A DNA stretch of 64,000 nucleotides from an uncultured Planctomycetaceae bacterium (GTDB lineage: Bacteria; Planctomycetota; Planctomycetia; Planctomycetales; Planctomycetaceae). This document shows, piece after piece, positions 52,352 through 62,106 of this stretch. Position numbers and translations under genes: made by a program. Location of the stretch: assembly GCA_963813715.1 (NCBI GenBank), contig CAWFAK010000017.1, positions 128,001-192,000 of the forward strand. The letters are read 5' to 3'. The notes below the pieces were generated by a model. That model did not search any database, had not been told where the DNA came from, and worked only from the letters and a program-made list of their open reading frames with translations. Numbering within the stretch: the stretch's first letter is position 1; the number at the start of each line of letters is the position of its first letter.

Positions 52352-53660
52352 TTCCCACGCGGCGTCTGCTGCTGTTGGGAACGATCGCGCTCGCCGTGAT
52401 CCTGGCCGGCCAGGGCGCCGCTTGGAGCGTCAACGTCGCGTGGCTCATCGTGGCGGCGGTGGTTGTCGCGGGGATTGTGGATGGCGTGCTGGCCTCGCTG
52501 CGGATCCGCACGATTGACCTGCGTCGCGACGTGCCCGCGCAGCTCTTTGTCGATCAACCGCAGCCGGTCCAGTGGAAGTTCGAGAATCGGGGCATCGATG
52601 AGATCACGCTCGAGCTCCGCGACGGGCTGCCGGAATCGGGGACCGCGGATCCCGACCGACTGACGGTGCGACTGCCGGGCCGGTCGCGAGTGACGGCCAA
52701 CTATCGCGTGAACGTCACCAAGCGGGGACTGCTGGCGTTCGCGGACGCGACCGGCAGAATCGCCGGCCCGCTGGGACTCTGCTGCCGACAATTTCGGATC
52801 CCGGCCCGCGCAGCGTGCGGTCCCTGCCCCACCTCGGCAACCGCAAGGCGGCGGAGCTGGCCGCCAGCACGGCACTCGTTCGGCAAGGAGGCAGCCATCG
52901 TTACCGCTGGCGCGGCGCGGGGACGGTGTTCGAATCGCTCCGCGACTACAGCCCTGAAGACGACATCCGCTGGCTCGACTGGAAGGCCACGGCGCGCCGC
53001 CAGACGCCAATCACCCGCAATTACGAAGTCGAGCGGCACCAGAATCTGTTGTTGATGGTCGATGGCAGCCGCATGATGACGACCTATTGCGGCTCGCGCA
53101 CCAAGTTCGACACCGTGCTCGAGGCCGCCGTTTTGCTGACACGGGCCGCGCTCGACCAGGCGGACGCCGTCGGCCTTATGCTCTTTTCTGACCGGGTCGA
53201 CGCTTACGTCCCTCCCCGTCGCGACCGGGCGCAAAACACACGCGTGATGGAGACGCTCTACGCCCAATATCCGCGGCTGGTCGAACCCGATTTCGAGACC
53301 GTGCTGACGATGGTGAGCCGCCGCATCCGGCGCCGCAGCCTAGTCGTCCTGTTCACCGACGTGACCGTGACCGAGGCGGCGCGGCGAATGCTGGCTTACG
53401 TGCAAATGCTCAACCGCCGACACGTGTGCCTGGTCGTCACGATTGCCGATGAAAGCCTGCAGTCGCAGGAGCTGGTCGAACCGCGGACGGCCGACGAGCT
53501 GTACCAGGTGGGCGTCGCCAGCCTGCTGATGCTGGAACGGGCCGAGCTGCTGGAACGTCTGCGACGCAGCGGCGCGGAAATCGTCGACACGCCGGCCGAC
53601 CAGATCGCCGTTCGCACGATTGAACGCTATCTGGAATTGAAGCGCAAGTTGCGGATGTGA
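52348..53660 (+). CDS. DUF58 (vWA-like) domain protein (frameshift near 52810)
   Basis: N-terminal TMs, GTVFESLRDYSPEDDIRWLDWKATAR, MIDAS-like DGSRMM and RRSLVVLFTD. Confidence 0.9.
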
Positions 53661-53699
53661 CAGTCAACGCTGAGGAGTTTGGTCACCTCCCTCAGATGA

Positions 53700-54247
53700 A
53701 TGGTCCGGACCTGAGCGGACTGGACCCCGGCCCGTTGATTGACGAAAGTGTCCGGACCGGATGTTTCGGGGCAAGTCCATCCAGTCACGTGCCCAATCGC
53801 GCGTCCAGACCTGAGGCGACTGGACCGGTCCGTTTTATTTCAAGAAAGTGTCCGGACCGGATTCAGGTTTGTCCTTAAGTCTTTTCGCGATTATGGCTTA
53901 ACACCGGTCTAAATGCCGAATTGTTAAGATTAGACCGGACCTCGATGTGGGACCGGCCGGCGAAGTGAACCGGACCCTGAAGCGGACCAGCGAGGTCACG
54001 GGGCGGCACCGCGACCGGACCACACAGTGACCGGACCACACAGTGACCGGACCACACAGTGACCGGACCACACAGTGACCGGACCGAATTAAGCTGTGAC
54101 CGGACGGGATGTGACCGCACCTGCTTCCGCGTCAACTGGGCGCGCACTGGGAACGTCTGCCTGAGCGCGGCGCCCAAATTCCATTCTGCCAGAACGGCGC
54201 ACCGGACCAAGATCAGTTTTAGACCGGACTCGAGTTCCAAGGGCCGG
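53700..54247 (+). repeat. Non-coding GGACC pentamer-rich array with a 16-bp tandem repeat
   Basis: GACCGGACCACACAGT x4 plus a partial copy at 54013-54085. Many GACCGGAC. GAAAGTGTCCGGACCGGAT at 53744 and 53844. Confidence 0.85.
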
Positions 54248-55726
54248 TCACACTTCGGGGACGGCCGGATCTCGCGAGAGTTGGGTCGGCAGGTCGATTC
54301 CTAGCTTGGCCAGGTGGGCGTCCAGTTGGTGGCGGGCCCAGGGGAGTGCACGCTCGGGGACGTCGTCGTAGGCTTTGGCCAAGAGTTGCTCGAACGTCTT
54401 CGCACCTTCGTCGTAGGCGAGTTGGATTTTGGCTTCCCGCCATCGGCGATGGTCGAGCTGCTGCTGGATGAATTCGCGGGGGCGACCAGCCGGGTGACCG
54501 TGGCCGGGAATGAGCAGCTTGCAGTCCAGTTGCAGCAGCCGTTCGAGGCTGTGCATGAAGGATGTCATGTCGCCGCCGTATTTCCGCGAGACGACGATTG
54601 AGCCCGGGTTGGCCACCATGTCCCCCGCCAAGAGGGCCTTCGTGGTTTCTTCCACGAAGCAGAGGTGTCCCGGATCGTGGCCCGGCGTGTGGACGCACCG
54701 TAGCCGCCACTGCGGATCGCGACCGCTCAAGAGGACCTCGCCGTCGGCGAGTGGCCGGTCGATCTTGAACGAGACCTGCGGGGCCACGGCCGGATGGGCC
54801 AGGATCGGCACGCCATAGCGCTGCCGGAGCGCCTCGGCCGAGCACGTGTGGTCGGGGTGCGAATGAGTCAACAGAATCGCCTCGACACGGCCGCCGATCT
54901 CGATCAGGTGGTCGATCTGCCGTTCGAGGTGGGCGGCTTCGGCGGCGTCTCCCGCGCCCGGATCGATGACGTAGAGCGACTCTTCCCCGATGATCAGGCA
55001 GTTGGTGTGGGTGGCCGGCGGGATCGTCGGGCTCCGCACCGGAATCATCGTGACACCGCAGCGGATCTCGAACCAGTTGTGCTGTCCGGGCACGCGCTCG
55101 GTCCCTCGAGCCAAAAGCGGCAAGGCACGCTGTAACCCGACGGCCGCCAGCTGACGGAGGGTGTACGCCACCGGGGTCGAGAGGTGCACGTCGCCGCGAT
55201 GCCACCGCGTGCGGGCCTCTGCCGGCGTGAGCCAATCGAGTCCCACCATCTCACCTTCGATCAACTCCGGCTGCTGCTCGCTGCGGAGATGATAGAGAAA
55301 GTACCGCGTGTCGAAGCGGACGGGTACGAAGTCCGGGGTGAGCCAGTCGCCCGCCGGTTGAAAATCATCGGCGTCGATCGAGAGCGCGTGCTGTGCGAGA
55401 AAGTCGCCAAAACCGAGCTGGCCCTCGATCACGCTGCGGCGGGCTTGCTGAACTTGTTCTCGCGCCGGCAGCGTGCCGCGGACCGTGAGCAGGCCGGTCT
55501 CCTCGAAGACTTCGCGCGCCGCGGCCGCAATGGCCCGCGCTTGGCCTGCGTCCGCCGCATGCGTCACCACGTCGATCCGTTCATCGTCCTGCACGCGGCC
55601 GCCGGGAAAGACGTGATGCCCGGCCATGAATCGCAGAGAGGCATTCCGCCGGCCAAGCAACACCTCTAGCTGGGCGTCGCCGCGCACCAGCACGCAAGCA
55701 GCCGCCCTTCGCGGTTCGGCAGGCAT
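54248..55726 (-). CDS. NUDIX hydrolase / metallo-beta-lactamase-fold fusion protein (LACTB2-like C-terminus)
   Basis: HVFPGGRV...AAAREVFEETGL and RFDTRYF. MBL motifs THSHPDH, HTPGH, AGD and PGHG. C-terminal helical tail. Confidence 0.88.
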   Translation of the reverse strand: MPAEPRRAAACVLVRGDAQLEVLLGRRNASLRFMAGHHVFPGGRVQDDERIDVVTHAADAGQARAIAAAAREVFEETGLLTVRGTLPAREQVQQARRSVIEGQLGFGDFLAQHALSIDADDFQPAGDWLTPDFVPVRFDTRYFLYHLRSEQQPELIEGEMVGLDWLTPAEARTRWHRGDVHLSTPVAYTLRQLAAVGLQRALPLLARGTERVPGQHNWFEIRCGVTMIPVRSPTIPPATHTNCLIIGEESLYVIDPGAGDAAEAAHLERQIDHLIEIGGRVEAILLTHSHPDHTCSAEALRQRYGVPILAHPAVAPQVSFKIDRPLADGEVLLSGRDPQWRLRCVHTPGHDPGHLCFVEETTKALLAGDMVANPGSIVVSRKYGGDMTSFMHSLERLLQLDCKLLIPGHGHPAGRPREFIQQQLDHRRWREAKIQLAYDEGAKTFEQLLAKAYDDVPERALPWARHQLDAHLAKLGIDLPTQLSRDPAVPEV

Positions 55727-55847
55727 CGGACTTGTTTCTCCTCAATTCGGCCGTGCGAGATGTGCGAGCCTTCGCTCAAATTCTAACGATCAACCAGCGA
55801 TCGTGACGCTTGGTTTTCAATTTGGCTGCTTACCGGGCTCTCGTCGC

Positions 55848-55895
55848 TTGACCGCGAAGAGACACTGCGTCTATACTTAAAGACAACATGTCTTT
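55848..55895 (+). promoter_or_regulatory. Sigma-70-type promoter overlapped by two palindromic putative BlaI operators
   Basis: TTGACC-N18-TATACT (55848-55877). AGACA-CTG-CGTCT (55860-55872) and AAAGACA-ACA-TGTCTTT (55879-55895). Confidence 0.7.
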
Positions 55896-55921
55896 GATGG
55901 GTCTTTTTTGAGGCACTGCTG

Positions 55922-56305
55922 GTGAAAATCGCCGCCGTTTCCGACGCCGAACTGAGCGTCCTGCAAGTGTTGTGGGACTGGGGACGCCTGACCACGCGGC
56001 AAATCGCGCGGCAGCTTTATCCCAAGCAGACCGCGTCCGATCTGGCGACGGTGCAGAAGCTGGTTTCCCGACTCGAGACCAAGGGGCTGGTGGAACGCGA
56101 TCGCTCCTCGTTCGCCCACACGATTGCGCCGCTCATCGATCGCGACCGATTTGCCGCGGCCCAACTGGCGGAAGGCGCGGCGAAGTTGACTCGCGGTTCG
56201 TTGGGCTCGCTGTTGGTCCATCTCGTTGAATCGGCCCAGCTCTCGCCAGAGGAGCTGGATGAAATTCGCAAACTGATCGACAAGCATCGCAAGAAACGCC
56301 ATTGA
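55922..56305 (+). CDS. BlaI/MecI/CopY family transcriptional repressor
   Basis: SDAELSVLQVLW, TVQKLVSRLETKGLV, GSLGSLLVHLV and LSPEELDEIRKLI. Confidence 0.92.
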   Translation: MKIAAVSDAELSVLQVLWDWGRLTTRQIARQLYPKQTASDLATVQKLVSRLETKGLVERDRSSFAHTIAPLIDRDRFAAAQLAEGAAKLTRGSLGSLLVHLVESAQLSPEELDEIRKLIDKHRKKRH

Positions 56306-56315
56306 AGGAGGTCGT

Positions 56316-59300
56316 ATGTCCTCCCAGCTGCTCGAAATCGGGATTACGAACGCGATTTTCGCGCTGCTCATCGCGACGATCGTGGTGCTGATCGCGCGCT
56401 GGCGGCCCAACGTCCACTGGGAAGCCGTCCTTTGGCTCGTGGTGCTGATCAGATTTGTGATGCCGCCGGTGGTTCCCTTCTCCGTCGCTCTCCCGGCGTT
56501 GGCCTCGACCGAAGGCCAGCCGACTGCGTTGATTCCCGACGAAGCCGAGGCAACTCAGACTTCGCTGCGGACGGCGGCAGAGAGTGCGATCGAGATCCCG
56601 GCGGCATCTGGGGAGCACGTCGCCTCGAGCCCGCCGGGTGGATCGCAGGCTGCGGCGCGGCTGCCGGCCGCTCCCGAGATCGCGTCAAATTCTCCGTCGC
56701 AGGCGACTCCTCCCCAGCACTCCATGGCCACTGTGAAGAGTTGGTTACTGTCGCGGTGGACGGTCGACAGTCTCGCCCGCATCGGCCTCGTCTGGATTTG
56801 GCTGGGCGGGGCCTGCCTGGCGGCGGGGATGCTGCTCTTCCGGGCTTATCGGTTTCACCGGTTTATTGGCGGCCGAGCGACGAGCGCGCCCGACGACGAA
56901 TTACAGTCCGCCTGCCGTCAAATGTGCCAGGCCACAGGAATCCGCCGCAATCCTGGGTTGCGCGTCGTCGATGCCGAGATTTCGCCGCTGATTTGGAGTT
57001 GGTTCGGGCGGCCGATTGTCTTGTTGCCGCGAGCGTTGATGCGAACGCTCACCGTCGAACAACGCTCGATGGTGCTCGCTCACGAGCTGGCCCATATTCG
57101 CCGGCACGATCACCGCGTCCGCTGGCTCGAGGCGTTCGTGCAGTGCGCGTACTGGTGGTTGCCGCCGGTGCGCTGGATTCGCGGGCGGCTGCACACGGCG
57201 CAGGAGCACTGCTGCGACGCGTGGGTGATCGCCAACTTCCCTGGTCGACAGGTGGAATACTGCGACGCGCTGCTCGCCGCCGCAGGTTGGCTCGCGCCGG
57301 TCCGTCGCTCGCCGTTGCTAGCGACTGAATTCGGCCGCAGCTCCGCACTCAAGCAGAGGGTTCAGGTCGTGCTGCACCAAAGTCTCCCGCGGCCGCTCAC
57401 GAACCGGGGGCGGAGCCTGTGCCTGGCGGCCGGATTGCTGCTCCTGGCGATCTCGGTGCGTTGGGTCATCGCCGCGCCAAAAGACCCGCCGCTGGCGAAG
57501 AGCGAACCCGCCCAATCGACGACGCCGGTATCGACACAGTTCCTGGTGACCGATCCGCAGGGACGGCCGATTGCGAAAGGCGAGGCCAAGGTGCGGGGCA
57601 ACACGCGGATGGGCGATTTTTTCGAGGACACGTACCCCATCGAACAGGGAAAGGCGGTCATTCCGTTCAAGAGCCGAGAGCTCGATCAGATGACGATTCA
57701 GCTCGACTCGGCGGGATATCTGTCGCATTTCAAAGAGTATCGCCGGGCGAAGGACCAACCTTTCTTCGCGGTGCCCGACCACTACGCGTTTCAGTTGAAA
57801 CCGGGGGTCAAGATCGGCGGCAAAGTCGTCGACGCCGACGGGCGGCCGGTGGCCAACGCGTGGGTCTATGCGTATTCGCCCACGGCAGCGACCATCGAGG
57901 CCGGCTTCGACGCTCTCGATCAGACGGTCTACACGAACGCGGCCGGCGAATGGCAGATGTCGGGCGCACCGGCGGAGCTCGGACAATTGGGCCTGATGAT
58001 CGAGCGCGAAAAAGGTGCGGCTGCGGGCCTCAGCCTGAGCGTCCCGCGTGACCAGATTCCGGGATTGAAAGCGTTCACCGATGTGCGTCGGTTGCCGCCC
58101 GCCGCGGCCGCGTCGGGCATCGTCGTCGATCCCGCTGGCAAACCGGTTTCCGGCGCGATGGTGCTCCTGACAGGCCGAAATTTCTACCGGGACTACCCCG
58201 ACGACATTCCAAGGACGGATGCGAAGGGCGCGTTTTCGATGACCGCCATCTCACCCGGCCTGCACGCGGCGACGATCTTTTCGTTCGATTGGGCCCTCCA
58301 GTCCGTCAAGTTCTCGGTGCCGCTCAAGGAGCCCCTGCGAATCGTTTTGAAAAAGGGTCAGCGCGTCGAATTTCATACGGTCGACGAGCAAGGAGAACCT
58401 GTTGCGGGAGTTCGCTTTCATCCGCAGCCGCCGCAAGAGGGTACTTATGAGGGCGACGCGCAGGTGCTCGACTTTCTGGGCAATCGGGACCTGATCAAGA
58501 ACCGGTCGGACGCGCGAGGCGTCTTCGTCTGGCAAAACGCGCCGAGTCAGCCGCTCGGTTACCAGATCTACTCACCCGGTGTGCTCACGTTGCCCGCGGG
58601 CGATTATGGCCCGGCCGGATCGCCCCATACGCTGGTCTTCCGCAGCCGGATTCCGGTGCATGCCAAGGTCGTCGATGCGGCCAGTGGCGAACCGATCAAG
58701 AATTTCCAGATTTACGAAGGGACCCACTTCAAAGCGAATCGGCCCGACCTTTGGTCGTGGGAACTGCAGCGGCCCTCCTCACGCGCGAAGCCGGGCGGCT
58801 TTGACGATTCCTTGAAGGGATTGGAACGAACGATTCGCTTTCGGATCCAAGCCGAAGGCTATCGGCCGAGCGTCTCGGAGGTGCTCGACGCCGAAAAGCA
58901 CTCAGCCGAGCCGGTATCGATTGAATTTCGCTTGGTGAAAGACAGCGGATATTCGGCCGTGGTCCGCACGCCCGATGGTCAGCCGGCGGCGGGGGCGAAA
59001 GTCTACACGGTCACGAAACGCCGCAACGATTATCAGTTCTTCGAGGTCGTTGGCGGAGTCGCGAATCAGTCGACGGCCACGACGTTCACCACCGCGGACG
59101 TCGAGGGAGAAATCCATATTGCTCCCAGCGTCGATCCCTTCATTTGCTTCATCACCCACGACTCGGGCTACGCCGAATTGATGGACGTGGACTTGTTCAA
59201 GAGCGGCAAGATCTCGCTGGTGCCGTGGGCCAAAGTTGACGGAGTGCTTTGGAGAGGGGGAAAGCCGGCCGCGCATCTTGCGGTCCAATTCAACCAATCG

Positions 59301-59902
59301 AACCCCCTCCAGTTCCAATCCTCACTTCCGGGAATCAGCTATTTCAACAACACCACCACCGATGTCGACGGAAAGTACCGGTTCGATCGCTGCGTTGCGG
59401 GGGAGTGGAACGAAACCTTCGTGTACCATCCACGCGCTCCGGTTCCTGGTCGACGCAGTTCAACGATGAGACAACGCTGTGGATGACCTTGTCGCCCGGA
59501 CAGATCGTCTCGCAGCACCTTGGAAAAGAGGGAACCGAGGTGCGCGGTCGTGTCTCTTTGCCGAAGGGGGCGACCATCGATTGGAGTCAGAGCCGCGCCG
59601 CGATGATGTGTTGGGAACAAAGGACGCCGCCTGACGCGACAACGAAGCTGCCGAGAAATTTCCAGCGAATCGCACGGCGCCGGGATCTCCTGACGCTCAA
59701 ACCGGACGGCTCTTTCGATTTCGTCAACGTGGAGCCCGCGGACTACGAGTTGAATCTGAGTGTGGTTGCACCGGGAGACCAGTGGTATCGGCCGAAGTAT
59801 TCCAAGAAAATGACGATCACGCGCGCGATGTTCCTCGGTAAAACGCCGGCGAACCCGATCGACTTGGGCGACATTCCGCTCAGTGCCGCGGCCCGCCGCT
59901 AG
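56316..59902 (+). CDS. BlaR1/MecR1-like M56 metallopeptidase sensor with a large extracytoplasmic carboxypeptidase-regulatory-like repeat region (frameshift near 59440)
   Basis: N-terminal TMs, LWLVVLIRFVMPP, HELAHIRRHD (HExxH), QEHCCD and LKQRV. After the last TM come about 780 aa of beta-sandwich repeats ending PIDLGDIPL. Confidence 0.9.
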
Positions 59903-60012
59903 TCATCGCTTGCCGCCCTGCCTCCCTTTCGCATGCCAATCTGTTACGTATTAATTACGGCCGCGCAGAAAGAGCGCGGCAGTCGTGACATCGGCAAAGG
60001 CGAGGTGGGGGA

Positions 60013-61294
60013 ATGGCGGAGTGGAGTCGTGAGGCGGCGCGGGCACTCGATGCGGCCGACGCTTTACGCGCCGTTGCGCAAGCTGTTCTATCTGCGCCCC
60101 GGGCTGCTTTATTTCAATGGGAATTCGCTGGGCTTGTTGTCCCGGCCGGCTGAGGAGGCCGTGCGCGAGGTGTTGGACGTCTGGCGGTCGGTCGCGGTCG
60201 ATGGCTGGTTTACCGGTCCCAACGCGTGGCTGGGGATGATGGAAAAAGCCTCCGCGCAAATCGCGCCGTTGATTGGGGCTGAGCCGCGCGAAGTGACTGT
60301 CGCCAATTCGACCACGATCAATCTGCATCAGTTGCTGTCGACGCTGTTTCGGCCGACCGAGACCCGGCGAAAGATTCTGGTCGACGAAACCGTCTTTTGC
60401 TCCGATCTCTACGCGATTCGCAGCCACCTGGCGCTGCGGGGGCTCGACCCCGTCGGCGACCTGGTCATGGTGCCGACGGTCGACGGGGTGCTGTTGTCGG
60501 AAGAGATGTTGATCGACCGCATGGAGGACGACGTCGCCTGCGTGGTCTTGCCGTCGGTCGTCTACCACACGGGGCAGCTGTTGGACATGCCGCGATTGAC
60601 GGCCGCCGCGCGGCAGCGCGAGATCCTGATCGGCTTTGATTGCAGTCACTCGATTGGCTGCGTGCGGCACGAGTTGAGCCGCTGGGGAGCCGACTTCGCC
60701 TTTTGGGGCAACTACAAGTACTTGAACGGCGGGCCGGGGGCGGTCGGCGGGCTCTATCTCAATCGCCGCCATTTCGGCCGCGCTCCCGGCCTGGCGGGCT
60801 GGTTCGGCGGCAGCAAGGATCGCCTGCTGGAGATGCCCGCGCAGTTCGACCCGGCCCGCGATGCCGAGGCACTGCAGATTTCCACGCCGTTTGTACTGAG
60901 CTTGGCGCCCGTGTTGGGCTCGCTGTCGATCATCGCGCAGGCGGGGATCGAAGCGCTGCGTGCCCGGTCGCTCCGGCTCAACGGCCTGTTGATCGACTTG
61001 TTCGATACGCGGCTCGCGCGACGCGGCGTGTCGTTGATCACTCCCCGCGAGGACAAACGTCGCGGCGGCCATGTGTCGCTGGCTCATCCCCGGGCGGAGG
61101 AACTCTGCAGCCGACTGCACGAGGTCCAGGTGATTGCCGACTTTCGCCATCCGGACCGGCTCCGCCTGTGCCCTAGCCCGCTGTACACCTCTTTTGAGGA
61201 CTGCTTCGAGGTGATCGAGCGGCTCGAATCGATCTTCGACGGCCTGGAAGCGTCGGGCACGAGCCCACGACCGGACCGGTCGATCACGGGCTGA
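60013..61294 (+). CDS. kynU: Kynureninase (frameshift near 60066)
   Basis: MAEWSREAARALDAADAL, then LYFNGNSLGL, TINLHQLL, DCSHSIG, PLP motif YKYLNGGPG, RGGHVS and RLCPSPLYTSF. Confidence 0.9.
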
Positions 61295-61473
61295 CGACCG
61301 CAGCGCGGGATCAGCGCGGATTGGTGCCATGGCCAGCCGGCTGCTATTTTGAACGCATCCCGTCTCGCAAACGACTTGATTCCGAGTTCGTCATGTCCGG
61401 TTCCGATCACCTGCCGCCGCAGAGAGTGCCGCGCCAGCCGCCGCAGATGACCCCTGGGCGGGCACCGCCCCAG

Positions 61474-62034
61474 ATGAGTGAGGTCACGCGGCTCCTCTCC
61501 GCGATCGAGGCTGGCGATCCGAGTGCCGCGGAACAGCTCCTGCCGCTGGTTTACCAAGAATTGCGACGCCTGGCCGCACAGCGAGTCTCCCTGGAAAAAC
61601 CTGGACAAACGCTGCAAGCGACGGCCCTCGTGCACGAGGCTTACCTGCGGCTGATCGGAGGCGATGCGCCGACCCGCTGGGACGGCCGCGGCCATTTCTT
61701 CGCGGCCGCGGCCGAGGCGATGCGGCGGATCCTGATCGATCAAGCGCGGCGGAAAAAGAGCGCCAAGGCGGGTGGCCAGTTACAGCGAGTGGACCTCGAC
61801 GATCGCTTGTTCGCGCCGGCCGATGATCCGGACCCCGATGAACTGCTGGCGCTCGACGCGGCCCTCGAGCAATTCGAGCGAGAGGATCCCCTCAAGGCCC
61901 GCCTCGTCAAATTGCGGTATTTCGCCGGGTTATCGATCCCCGATGCGGCCGCCGCCCTGGGAATTTCCCCGGCCACCGCCAAGCGGCATTGGGTTTACGC
62001 CCGTTCCTGGCTGTTTGGGAAGGTGCGAAAATAG
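61474..62034 (+). CDS. ECF RNA polymerase sigma factor (TIGR02999 planctomycete type)
   Basis: SEVTRLL, AAEQLLPLVYQELRRLA, TLQATALVHEAYLRL, HFFAAAAEAMRRILID and LRYFAGLS. An alternative start lies at 61393. Confidence 0.92.
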   Translation: MSEVTRLLSAIEAGDPSAAEQLLPLVYQELRRLAAQRVSLEKPGQTLQATALVHEAYLRLIGGDAPTRWDGRGHFFAAAAEAMRRILIDQARRKKSAKAGGQLQRVDLDDRLFAPADDPDPDELLALDAALEQFEREDPLKARLVKLRYFAGLSIPDAAAALGISPATAKRHWVYARSWLFGKVRK

Positions 62035-62106
62035 AGCAATCCGCCAAAATCTGTGAGCCGGCCGGGCGCGGTTTACGCATTGATTAGGGACGGACTCCGG
62101 AGAAGA

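Noticed and set aside
54013..54085. 16-bp repeats as a CRISPR array
   Set aside because: They are head-to-tail with no unique spacers.
31243..54247. The 22.5-kb segment as a bona fide transposon or genomic island
   Set aside because: No transposase or integrase, no target-site duplication seen, and the cargo resembles ordinary chromosomal genes. Kept only as a repeat observation.
54248..59902. Beta-lactam resistance locus
   Set aside because: The MBL has no signal peptide and is NUDIX-fused, and the M56 protein lacks a penicillin-binding sensor domain.
1839..60100. Numerous frameshifts as pseudogenisation, phase variation or programmed frameshifting
   Set aside because: They hit housekeeping-type genes (tkt, OPT transporter, kynU) as well as accessory ones. 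They are single-base indels with otherwise intact motifs and show no consistent slippery site. Sequencing error is the simplest explanation; reads are needed to confirm.
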